Of a DNA stretch of 64,000 bases, positions 31,739-40,569 are shown piece by piece. The first letter of the stretch is position 1. Each line of letters begins with the position of its first letter. This stretch comes from Frankiales bacterium (GTDB lineage: Bacteria; Actinomycetota; Actinomycetes; Mycobacteriales; Jatrophihabitantaceae), in NCBI GenBank assembly GCA_025966315.1, contig JAOPUZ010000068.1, forward strand, positions 52,834-116,833, given 5' to 3'. Position numbers and translations under genes: made by a program. The notes below the pieces were generated by a model. It was not told where the DNA came from. It did no database searches and was given only the letters and a program-made list of their open reading frames with translations.

Positions 31739-32615
31739 TCCATTCACTCCACGACCCGGGGTAGAGCACCCCTTCGATGCCGGCTTCGTGCATCGCGAGC
31801 AGGGTGTGGGCCGCGGTCACGCCCGAGCCGCAGTAGACGGCGACCGGGTCCGGCCCATCCGAGGCCGGCTCGTCCGCGGTCGAATTGTCGGTGATCGGAG
31901 CGTTTGCAAGCGAATCGTCCCCGGCCGGATCCAGCCACGCGTCAAACTGCCTTAGCAATGCCCGCGGCGGCCTGAAATGTCCGTCACTGGTCAGGTGCTC
32001 GGTGGTCGGGCCGTTCCGGGCGCCGGGAATGCGACCGGCGATTGGATCCATCGGCTCGACCTCGCCCCGGAACCGTTCAGGCGAGCGGACATCGAGCAAC
32101 TTGCCCCGCGCCGCCCATTCGAGCACGTCGCCGGCGCCGACAACGGGCAGCGAGCCCGCAACGACGGTGACCGAGCCCGGTGCGCTGGCCCGCTCGTCAC
32201 CGGTTTCCACGGCCTGATCCGCCTGCGACCAGGCGGCGAAGCCGCCGTCGAGTACCCGAACCCGGTGCAGTCCAGCCCAGCGCAGTATCCACCAGGCCCG
32301 CGCGGCGGCGAGTGACTGAGCGCCGTCATAAGCCACTATCTCGCTGTCGGCGTCGATCCCCCAGGATCGCAATCGCTCGGTCAGCCGCGCCGGATCGGGC
32401 AGCGGGTGCCGACCACCGGCGCCAGGTTCGCCGGCCAGGTCCGCGTCGAGGTCGCACCAGTGCGCTCCGGGAATGTGGCCGGCCAGAAAAGCATTGTGCT
32501 GGTGCGGCGCACCGGGCGCCCACCTGACGTCGAGCAGCACCGGTGGATGCTCGCGAGCTAGCTCCTCGGCGAGGTGCGAAACGGTCAGCAGCGCTGAGTC
32601 TGCGGCAATCGTCAT
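31704..32615 (-). CDS. thiosulfate/3-mercaptopyruvate sulfurtransferase (tandem rhodanese)
   Basis: Two rhodanese domains with active-site loop YCGSGVTAAH. Confidence 0.85.
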   Translation of the reverse strand: MTIAADSALLTVSHLAEELAREHPPVLLDVRWAPGAPHQHNAFLAGHIPGAHWCDLDADLAGEPGAGGRHPLPDPARLTERLRSWGIDADSEIVAYDGAQSLAAARAWWILRWAGLHRVRVLDGGFAAWSQADQAVETGDERASAPGSVTVVAGSLPVVGAGDVLEWAARGKLLDVRSPERFRGEVEPMDPIAGRIPGARNGPTTEHLTSDGHFRPPRALLRQFDAWLDPAGDDSLANAPITDNSTADEPASDGPDPVAVYCGSGVTAAHTLLAMHEAGIEGVLYPGSWSEWITDPSRPIASG

Positions 32616-32688
32616 GGCGTCGGTCCTAACATGTAGCCAAACCCCCGCGCGTCGCTCGGTCGGTTAGTTGGAAGGCGAGAGGTCGGTA

Positions 32689-33390
32689 GTGAGTACTCAT
32701 CATCACAGTGACTTGATCGACACGACCGAAATGTACCTGCGCACGGTGTACGAACTCGAAGAAGAAGGCGTTACGCCACTGCGGGCCCGAATCGCCGAGC
32801 GCTTGGGCCAGTCCGGTCCTACGGTCAGCCAGACGGTTGCGCGCATGGAACGCGACGGCCTGATGCACGTCGAAAGTGATCGGCATCTGCAGCTGACCGA
32901 AGCAGGCCGGCGCCGGGCGATCGCGGTCATGCGCAAACACCGCTTGGCCGAGCGCCTGTTGCAGGACGTGATCGGTCTGGAATGGGACCAGCTGCACATC
33001 GAAGCCTGTCGGTGGGAACACGTGATGAGCGAGGCCGTAGAACGGCACATCGTGGCCCTGCTCAAGACGCCGCTGGTATGCCCGCACGGAAATCCCATTC
33101 CGGGGTTGGACGAGCTCGGCCTTCCGCTCAGCAAACTCGGAGAAGGCCTGCTGCCGACGCTGTCCGCGTCCACGGGCGAGGGTCCGGTGAGCCTGACCGT
33201 GCTGCGGATCAGCGAGAACCTACAGCCTGACGCCGAGCTGATGCGGAGCATGAGCGACTCGGGCGTCATCCCCGGTCGCACGGTCTCTGTACATCGGATC
33301 CCAACCGGTTACGAGATCAACGGCGGCTTGGAGCCGATCCTGATCAGCCCGGCCGTGGGTGACGGGATCTTCGTAGTTGCGGCTTCATAA
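32689..33390 (+). CDS. ideR: iron-dependent repressor, DtxR/IdeR family
   Basis: DTTEMYLRTVYELEEEGV, PTVSQTVARMERDGL (HTH), metal-site residues and an SH3-like C-domain. Confidence 0.95.
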   Translation: MSTHHHSDLIDTTEMYLRTVYELEEEGVTPLRARIAERLGQSGPTVSQTVARMERDGLMHVESDRHLQLTEAGRRRAIAVMRKHRLAERLLQDVIGLEWDQLHIEACRWEHVMSEAVERHIVALLKTPLVCPHGNPIPGLDELGLPLSKLGEGLLPTLSASTGEGPVSLTVLRISENLQPDAELMRSMSDSGVIPGRTVSVHRIPTGYEINGGLEPILISPAVGDGIFVVAAS

Positions 33391-33574
33391 GTAACACGCC
33401 CGAAACGGCGGCGTTATCCTTTGCTGAACGGGCGAATCGAGGCCCGTCGACGCGGTCAAGGCGAATATTGCTGCGTGTGCTATCGGTAGAATGAGCGCGT
33501 ACCCACGGATCACTGGCGCTCCGTCCCGCCGCACCGTTCCGCCCGCTGGTGCCTGACGTGAAGGCGCGACACCC

Positions 33575-35047
33575 GTGGCACCTGACCCGCAGGGCTTTCT
33601 GCGACACGCTCGAATCGACCCGCCCAAACGGCCGGTCGTCGAGAGGGTTCGCGACTTTCAGCCGATCTACCTGACACCGCGCCCAGATGTCGTTGCCGAG
33701 CAAGCCGGCCGTTGCATGGACTGCGGGGTGGCGTTCTGTCATGCCGGTTGTCCGTTGGGCAATCTCATTCCCGAGTGGAACGAGTTCGTTGCCGCCGACG
33801 AACCGGCGGACTGGGCGGCGGCGAGCGAGCGCCTGCATGCGACGAACAACTTCCCGGAGTTCACGGGATGGATCTGCCCGGCGCCGTGCGAGGCAGCCTG
33901 CGTGCTGGCGATAAACGATGACCCCGTCACGATCAAGCAGGTTGAGCTGAGCATCGTCGAACGTGCTTTTCGCGACGGTGAAGTGGCGCCGCGGCCTGCC
34001 CCGGCGCCCAGCGGCCGTCGGGTCGCTGTGGTCGGCTCTGGCCCGGCCGGATTGGCTGCGGCACAGCAGCTGACGAGGTCGGGTCATGAGGTGACCGTGT
34101 TCGAGCGTGACGATCGGGTCGGTGGCCTGCTGCGGTATGGCATCCCGGACTTCAAGATGCCCAAGGACATCCTCGATCGTCGGGTAGCCCAGCTCAGCGC
34201 CGAGGGAACGACCTTTCTCGTCAACACGAATGTGGAGGCGAGCGATGTGCAGCGGCTGCGCAGCGAGTTCGACGCCGTCGTCCTCGCGGTCGGCGCGCTG
34301 CGGCCGCGAGAGTTGTCCCAACCGGGCCGCTCGTTTGCCGGTATCCATCAAGCCATGGAGTACCTGCCCTGGGGAAACCGGGCATCAGCAGGTGATATCG
34401 AACAATCTCCGATCGACGCCAACGGCAAACACGTAGTGATCATCGGTGGCGGTGACACCGCGGCTGACTGTCTGGGCACCGCCAACCGGCAAGGCGCGGC
34501 GTCGGTCACCGTGGTCGACCACAACCTCGCCCCGGTGCCGCGGGCCAACCTGGTGAACCCGGTATGGCCGGCCGCCCCGGCGAGTCGGGGCACATCGCCC
34601 GCCCACGACGAAGGCGTCCACGAAGCGTGGTCTCAGGAAGTGGTCGAATTCCTGCCTAATATGAACGGCGCCGTAAGGGCAGTCGTCGTCGAGCAGGTCG
34701 AAATCGTGCGAGTCGACGGCATCCGGGAATTCCGGCCGCTGGTCGAATCTCGGGTGGAGCTGCCCGCCGATCTGGTCCTGCTGGCCGCCGGCTTCATCGG
34801 TTCGGACAGCCCCGAACTGCTGGCGGCACTGGGCGTCGCGAGCCGGCCCGACGGACGGGTGGCCACCGACGAGCGCTGGCAGACGAAGGTGGCGGGCGTC
34901 TTCGCCTGCGGCGATGTCTCGCGTGGAGCCAGCCTGGTCGTGTGGGCCATCGCCGAGGGCCGCGCCTGCGCTGCCGCGGTGGACCGGACGCTTACCGGCA
35001 CGACGGAGTTGCCGGCCCCTGTCCGACCCGGGATGCGACCCCTCTGA
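33575..35047 (+). CDS. gltD: glutamate synthase small (beta) subunit-like NADPH oxidoreductase
   Basis: N-terminal Fe-S Cys motifs (CMDCGVAFCHAGCPLGN) and two dinucleotide folds (VAVVGSGPAGLAAA, VVIIGGGDTAADC). No gltB is adjacent. Confidence 0.85.
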   Translation: MAPDPQGFLRHARIDPPKRPVVERVRDFQPIYLTPRPDVVAEQAGRCMDCGVAFCHAGCPLGNLIPEWNEFVAADEPADWAAASERLHATNNFPEFTGWICPAPCEAACVLAINDDPVTIKQVELSIVERAFRDGEVAPRPAPAPSGRRVAVVGSGPAGLAAAQQLTRSGHEVTVFERDDRVGGLLRYGIPDFKMPKDILDRRVAQLSAEGTTFLVNTNVEASDVQRLRSEFDAVVLAVGALRPRELSQPGRSFAGIHQAMEYLPWGNRASAGDIEQSPIDANGKHVVIIGGGDTAADCLGTANRQGAASVTVVDHNLAPVPRANLVNPVWPAAPASRGTSPAHDEGVHEAWSQEVVEFLPNMNGAVRAVVVEQVEIVRVDGIREFRPLVESRVELPADLVLLAAGFIGSDSPELLAALGVASRPDGRVATDERWQTKVAGVFACGDVSRGASLVVWAIAEGRACAAAVDRTLTGTTELPAPVRPGMRPL

Positions 35048-35060
35048 GGTCGAGGCCGCG

Positions 35061-36152
35061 TCAGCACTTCGGCAGTTCTCGGAGCAGCGGCACCGTGTTC
35101 GGATCCAGACCGGTACTCACCGCGGTGAGCAGCAGTCGCGCGGCCGAATAGTTCGGGTCAGACGCTAGCGCTCGCTCAGCGGCCATGGTCGCCATCGCGC
35201 CGTTGCCGCAACGCCATTGATGCCAGCCATAGAGGAATAAGGGCGCCGCGTCGTAGGGAATCGGTAGCCGAGTGGCCAGCGTGAGCAGCAGCTCGCGAGC
35301 CGCCACCGAGTCGTCGTCGACCTGGAGCCAGAATTCGTCGCGGACCAGCGGATCGGCCAGCGCCACCCCGAGTCGAGCCAGCACCGCGGGCCCGAGCCGA
35401 TCGCCGTTGCCTCGACCCTGCCTAACTGGCCTCGCGGGCCTGGCGTGTGCTGTGTCAGCCGCCCGATGCAGCGCCGCCAGATCCGACGTGCGTTGTCGTC
35501 GGCGGCGCCCGGCCAGCTCTGCGGTGCTGACCCGCCGCTGTTGCTCGGCCAGGCGTCCGAGCAGTCGTCGGCGAATCTCAGGGGGATCGCCGGCCAACCG
35601 CTCGGCCAGCCCGGCACGATCGGGCAGCGCCACCATCCCGGCCAGTACTGCCTCTGCGGCCGGCCTGGAGTAACCCAGCTCGCGTTCATGCCCCGCCGAC
35701 GGGCAGCATCGGTCGTCCGCGCAGGTCAGCGACCACCAGCGCTGCTCGGTCACCAGCAACACCTCGAGTACCCCGATCGCGGCTGCCCGCAACAAGTCGC
35801 AGAGCATCGCGGTCATCCGATCGATGGTGTGCGCCTGTTCGTCGACTTCGGTCGAGTCAGCCCGGAGTCGAGCGGCCTGATCCGCCTCGGTGATCAGTAC
35901 GACGACTACGCCGTCAGCGCGCGATCGCTGCAGCGCGGTGATCAGTGCATCGAGTTCGCACTCGGCCGGGACCCCGTCGGGAAGATCGATGCGCAACACC
36001 ACGGCCAGGTCCCCATGCGGGCCGTCGGGTTGACTCCGCAGGCCGACCAGAACCAGGCTGTCCCGCGGATGGAAGCCGAGCACGAACGGGATGGCCTCGA
36101 TCAGGTCGCCGGGGCCAGACACCCGGATCTGCGGCGTTTCATTGGTCTTCAT
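35061..36152 (-). CDS. DUF4192-like protein
   Basis: IRVSGPGDLIEAIPFVLGFHPRDSLVLVGL is the characteristic N-terminal signature as I recall it. ATG 36152 is preferred. Confidence 0.75.
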   Translation of the reverse strand: MKTNETPQIRVSGPGDLIEAIPFVLGFHPRDSLVLVGLRSQPDGPHGDLAVVLRIDLPDGVPAECELDALITALQRSRADGVVVVLITEADQAARLRADSTEVDEQAHTIDRMTAMLCDLLRAAAIGVLEVLLVTEQRWWSLTCADDRCCPSAGHERELGYSRPAAEAVLAGMVALPDRAGLAERLAGDPPEIRRRLLGRLAEQQRRVSTAELAGRRRRQRTSDLAALHRAADTAHARPARPVRQGRGNGDRLGPAVLARLGVALADPLVRDEFWLQVDDDSVAARELLLTLATRLPIPYDAAPLFLYGWHQWRCGNGAMATMAAERALASDPNYSAARLLLTAVSTGLDPNTVPLLRELPKC

Positions 36153-36286
36153 GCACTGATCGTCGGTGCTGCGGCCGGGCTGAATCGGGTCACGAGCAGA
36201 TCTGTGGACGGCCGAGCCTTCGTCCACAGCCCGAGCTGAATTCGACGCCCTCGGCCACGGATGCGCTATGAGGTGCGGGCGAGTGC

Positions 36287-37024
36287 TTACAGGGCGTTGG
36301 CCCGCCAGCGAGCCGCCGCTACCCGCAGGCCTTCAGCGGCGTCGAGGTTGCGGCTGGCCAACTGATGCTCGCGCGCCGGGTCATCGCTCAACTCCGCGCC
36401 TTCGGTGCGGCCCGCGGCGACGACGCGGAAGAATGCGGCTGCCCGCTCGAGGGCAACGGCGAAGTCGCCCCCGTAGGCGCCGCCCAAGACGGCATCGGCC
36501 AGGTCGGCGATCGCCGTCGGATCTGCCTCGTCGGACACGCCAGCGACTACCTCGTCGGCCGGGGCGTAGCCACGACCGCGACGCCATAGCTGAGTGACCT
36601 CATCACCGTTGCCCTTGCACCAACGGCGCAACAAGTAGAGAGCCCACAGCGCGCCCGGCAGGCTGGACGGCGCTTCGTCCCGCCAGAGTTCGGCGAGGGT
36701 GTCGAGTCCGACCCGGTCGGCGAGGTCCACCATCCCCGTCGACTCGCCCGACCGGCCATGTGCCACGACCGCGGCCGCGGTGGCCTCGGCCAAGGCGGAT
36801 CGATCCCGTGGTTCCGAACCGGGCGCGGCCTCCGCCCAGGCGGTCAGGTCCGGTCGGCGGACCGGGCGGTGCGGGCGATCTGGACGCGTCACCAGGACAG
36901 GGTAAGCACGGAGTAGGCGTCCTGCCGATAGGCGCGGTCGAGTTCGTGTTCGCGGTGGTGACTCGGTAGTCTGGACAACGACGTCGGTCCGATCCATGGC
37001 CCCCGGTCCCAAAATTGCCGCCAC
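36287..37024 (-). CDS. conserved hypothetical protein
   Basis: 245-aa ORF with high GC3, upstream of and co-oriented with the DUF4192 gene. Start is uncertain. No family recognised. Confidence 0.5.
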   Translation of the reverse strand: MAAILGPGAMDRTDVVVQTTESPPRTRTRPRLSAGRLLRAYPVLVTRPDRPHRPVRRPDLTAWAEAAPGSEPRDRSALAEATAAAVVAHGRSGESTGMVDLADRVGLDTLAELWRDEAPSSLPGALWALYLLRRWCKGNGDEVTQLWRRGRGYAPADEVVAGVSDEADPTAIADLADAVLGGAYGGDFAVALERAAAFFRVVAAGRTEGAELSDDPAREHQLASRNLDAAEGLRVAAARWRANAL

Positions 37025-37114
37025 GAGCGGCCTTCTGCCGTGAGGCGACCTGGCGGGCCGGCGTCAACTACGTTCCCTACCCGGCGGATCTCGCCGCGCG
37101 AGACGGCAGGTCGG

Positions 37115-37801
37115 ATGACTTCGGGCGACGGGTGGACGACCTGCGCACGCGGCCACCGTCATTGGGGCCTTTACGGTGCGGCTGGCCTGCTCATCACCGA
37201 CGGCGCGAATGTCGTCCTGCAACACCGCGCTCCCTGGACTCACGAGGGCGACACCTGGGGCGTGCTGGGCGGCGCGCGAAACTCGGATGAGGACGCCGTG
37301 ACCGCGGCATTGCGCGAGGCCAACGAAGAAGCCGACCTGGTCCCCGACGATGTTCTTCCGGTCGGCCTGTACGAGGACGACCATGGTGGTTGGTCCTACA
37401 CGACGGTGGTCGCCCGTCCGGTCGGCGCCGTCCGTCCGCACGCGGCCAACGCCGAGAGTGTCTCCGTACGGTGGCATCCGATCGACGAGGTGGACGGACT
37501 GCCCCTGCACACCGGATTCGCCGCGGCGTGGCATCACCTGCGCGCATTGCCGGCCCAGCTCTACCTGGTGGTCGGCGGAGAAGCCGGCGAGGACAACGCC
37601 CGGCTCGACACGCTTCGCCGGGACGGCATCCGGACCGCGCAGCTGCCGTCCGGCATCGAGGCCGGCGGCTTGAACCGACTGCTGCCCGCGGTCTTCGTCT
37701 GCCCCGACCTGACCTCCACCGCCGATACCGCGTCGGCGCTGTCGGCCGTCGGTCAGGTCGTGGTTGCCATCGATCGCGCGGACTTGGATTTGCTGAGCTG
37801 A
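37115..37801 (+). CDS. NUDIX hydrolase with about 80-aa C-terminal extension
   Basis: Nudix box GGARNSDEDAVTAALREANEEADL. Confidence 0.85.
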   Translation: MTSGDGWTTCARGHRHWGLYGAAGLLITDGANVVLQHRAPWTHEGDTWGVLGGARNSDEDAVTAALREANEEADLVPDDVLPVGLYEDDHGGWSYTTVVARPVGAVRPHAANAESVSVRWHPIDEVDGLPLHTGFAAAWHHLRALPAQLYLVVGGEAGEDNARLDTLRRDGIRTAQLPSGIEAGGLNRLLPAVFVCPDLTSTADTASALSAVGQVVVAIDRADLDLLS

Positions 37802-37868
37802 GCCCGGACGTCTCGACTTCCAGTCGGCTGGGCGGCGGTCTCGACCGGCGGCCGGGTACGGTTCCGGC

Positions 37869-38714
37869 GTGCGAATCCTGCTGCCACCGAGCGAGGGGAA
37901 GCGCACCGGGGGCAGCGGCCGGTCGCTGGTCCGGCGCAGCAGCACCCGTATCCCGCCCGGGCTGCTAGTGCCGCGCGGGCTGGCCCTGGATGCGCTGGCC
38001 CGCACGATCAGCCTGCCGTCAGCGGCGCAGCGTCTGCTGCTGCCTGAATCGATCGCGCCGACCGCGCTGGCGGAGAACTCCGCGGTGCTGACCGGCCCGA
38101 CAATGCCGGCGCTGCGTCGCTATCAAGGAGTCGTCTACGAGGGACTTGCCGCGGACCGGTTGAGCCCGGCCGCGAGCGTAGCGGCCGGCCGCGCCGTCCT
38201 CATCTTTTCGGGGTTGTTCGGAGTGCTTCGCGGTGACGAACCGGTGCCGGCCTACCGGGTGCCGGCCAAGGCAAAGCTTGATTCGATCGGCATCGCCGGC
38301 ACGTTCTGGCGCCCGTATCTACAGCTGGCCATGCCGGCATTGCTCGGACGCCAGGACGAACCCATCGTGGATCTGCGGTCAGCGGACTACGCAGCGATGT
38401 GGCAGCCACTGCGCGACGATCCGCTGGCCCGGCGGGTCATCGGCGTCCGGATCCTGTCCCCCAAGCCGAACGGAGAACTGGCGGTCATCTCCTTCGCCTC
38501 GAAATACGCCAAGGGCCTGCTGGCCGCGGGGCTGCTGGAACGGTTGGCCACCGGCGACCATGTCCGAACCGCGGCCGACGTCGCCGAGACCTGGCTCCGG
38601 ATCGGCGGCCGGGCCGCACGCGTGCTCGCCGCGCAATCGGGCACTCAACTCGAGTTGGTCACGCAGACCTCGACGCTTCCGATCAACTCCGGGAAGCTCG
38701 GCGCACGGCGTTAG
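37869..38714 (+). CDS. yaaA: peroxide stress protein YaaA (UPF0246)
   Basis: MRILLPPSEGK N-terminus with a family-typical length and pattern. Confidence 0.85.
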   Translation: MRILLPPSEGKRTGGSGRSLVRRSSTRIPPGLLVPRGLALDALARTISLPSAAQRLLLPESIAPTALAENSAVLTGPTMPALRRYQGVVYEGLAADRLSPAASVAAGRAVLIFSGLFGVLRGDEPVPAYRVPAKAKLDSIGIAGTFWRPYLQLAMPALLGRQDEPIVDLRSADYAAMWQPLRDDPLARRVIGVRILSPKPNGELAVISFASKYAKGLLAAGLLERLATGDHVRTAADVAETWLRIGGRAARVLAAQSGTQLELVTQTSTLPINSGKLGARR

Positions 38715-38784
38715 CAGATCGCGCGGGGCAGGCACGGTGGACCCCGGTGACACCGAAGCTGGATGACTGAACCAGTATCGGTTC

Positions 38785-39432
38785 ATGCGACTGGACCATC
38801 TCTCCTACGCGGCGGGGCCAGAGGGTCTCGCTTCCTGCGTACAGCGACTGGGTGCCCAGCTAGGCGCTGCGTTCACCGATGGCGGCCTACATCCCGGATT
38901 CGGCACCAGAAACTTCGTGCTCGCCCTCAACGGCGGTGTGTATCTCGAGGTCGTCGAGGCGCTCGATCACCCCGCCGTCGAGAAGGCCCCGTTCGGGCGC
39001 GCGGTCCGAGCTCGTTCGGCTGCCGGTGGCGGCTGGTTCAGCTGGGTCGTCGGCGTCTCGGACCTGCCACCGATCGAAGCCAGACTCGGGCGCTCCGCTG
39101 TGGCCGGGCACCGTATCCGCCCGGACGGATACGACCTTCGCTGGCGTCAGATCGGGGTCAACGACACCGCGGCCGATCCGCAGTTGCCATGGTTCATCCA
39201 TTGGGATTCGGACCGGGTGCAGCACCCAGCGGCACCCGGCGGGCAGATCACTCTCGAACTGCTGGACATTGCCGGCAGCCGCGAGCACGTGCTCGAATTC
39301 CTCGGCCCGCGGGGTGCAGCCTCGCTGGACAGTCTGAGAGTCCGCTGGCTGCCGGTCGCGGACAATGACGGTGAGAGCGGCATCGTCGCCGCGCACTTCA
39401 CGTCCCCCAAGGGTGTCGTCACCATCGACTGA
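38785..39432 (+). CDS. glyoxalase-like (VOC) domain protein
   Basis: MRLDHLSYAAGPEGL...GLHPGFGTRNFVLAL...YLEVV matches the glyoxalase-like domain pattern. Confidence 0.7.
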   Translation: MRLDHLSYAAGPEGLASCVQRLGAQLGAAFTDGGLHPGFGTRNFVLALNGGVYLEVVEALDHPAVEKAPFGRAVRARSAAGGGWFSWVVGVSDLPPIEARLGRSAVAGHRIRPDGYDLRWRQIGVNDTAADPQLPWFIHWDSDRVQHPAAPGGQITLELLDIAGSREHVLEFLGPRGAASLDSLRVRWLPVADNDGESGIVAAHFTSPKGVVTID

Positions 39433-39552
39433 AAGCCCGACGGCATCCCGAATGCATGCCGACTGACGCCGTCGGCAATAGCGCCTCGACGGCGGCTAAA
39501 TGCTCGAAGCCTGCGCTCGGAGCCTGCGCTCGGCCGGGTGGCCGTCCGCCCG

Positions 39553-40455
39553 TTAGGAGACCGCGACCGGGTCGGCGCCGATGTTCCTCCGTCCGGGCCG
39601 ATCGGGGTGTGCACGTCGGGCGGCTAGGACCGAGCCGAGCAGGATCAGCGGGAAGCCAATCAGCATGCCGATGGTGAGCTCGTCGCCCAGGATGGTGACG
39701 CCGAGTGCAACTGCCACGGCCGGATTGACGTAGGTGATGACCGTCGCCCGGCTCGGGCCGATGGCCGCAATCAGCTCGAAGAACAGCAGGAACGCCGCCG
39801 CCGAGCACACCACGGCCAGCACCAGCACGCTGCCGGCCACCTTGAGCGACACGTCCGTGGGCGGCTGGAAGATCAAGAACGGCGAATAGCCGACTGCCGT
39901 GACGGTCAACGCGACGGACATCACGCCCAGTGCGGGCAGATCGGAAAGCCAGCGCGCGAGCAGTACCGGACCGAGGGCGTACCCGACCGCGACGACCGCG
40001 ATCTGGCCGACCGAATAGAGATTCAAATGACTGAAGTCCAGGCCGACCAGTGACGCCACTCCGATCAACCCGACGAGCAGCCCCGCCATCTGGCTGCGCG
40101 AGGTTCGCTCGGCCGACGGGCTCAGCCGGGCGATGACCGCGCCGATCAACGGGACGGCGGCGACCAGCAGACCTGCGGTCGAGCTGTTCAACTTTCGCTC
40201 GGCGTCGGAGAGCAACAACCACGGAATCATCAATTCGACGACGGCGAACAGCAACAGCTGACGCCAGCGGGCCAGTACCGGCCTTACCTGTCCACGGACC
40301 AGCGCGACCGGCAGCAGGATCGCCGCAGCGATGCCGGTGCGCAGCACAACCAAGGTGCCAGGCGTGACGTGCTCGACGGCGACCCGGATGAACAGGTACG
40401 GCAGGCCCCAGATCACGCACATCGCCGCGAACAACGTCCAGCTCCGTCTCGACAC
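39553..40455 (-). CDS. EamA/DMT-family transporter
   Basis: 10-TM protein with duplicated EamA halves. N-terminus FAAMCVIWGLPYLFIRVAV. Confidence 0.85.
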   Translation of the reverse strand: MSRRSWTLFAAMCVIWGLPYLFIRVAVEHVTPGTLVVLRTGIAAAILLPVALVRGQVRPVLARWRQLLLFAVVELMIPWLLLSDAERKLNSSTAGLLVAAVPLIGAVIARLSPSAERTSRSQMAGLLVGLIGVASLVGLDFSHLNLYSVGQIAVVAVGYALGPVLLARWLSDLPALGVMSVALTVTAVGYSPFLIFQPPTDVSLKVAGSVLVLAVVCSAAAFLLFFELIAAIGPSRATVITYVNPAVAVALGVTILGDELTIGMLIGFPLILLGSVLAARRAHPDRPGRRNIGADPVAVS

Positions 40456-40569
40456 GGATCGAAGGCTAGAGAGATCCGGCTGTGGCGGCTACCGAGTTTC
40501 GGTCAACGTTCGCACAAATACGGCCCAGTTGCCCAAGCTTGGCGGCCTTCGTCCAGGTAGCTTTGCGCC

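Noticed and set aside
39419-40420. 333-aa ORF in another frame of the EamA locus.
   Set aside because: It is Arg/Pro/Gly-rich. The 300-aa frame (39553-40455) gives a coherent 10-TM EamA transporter.
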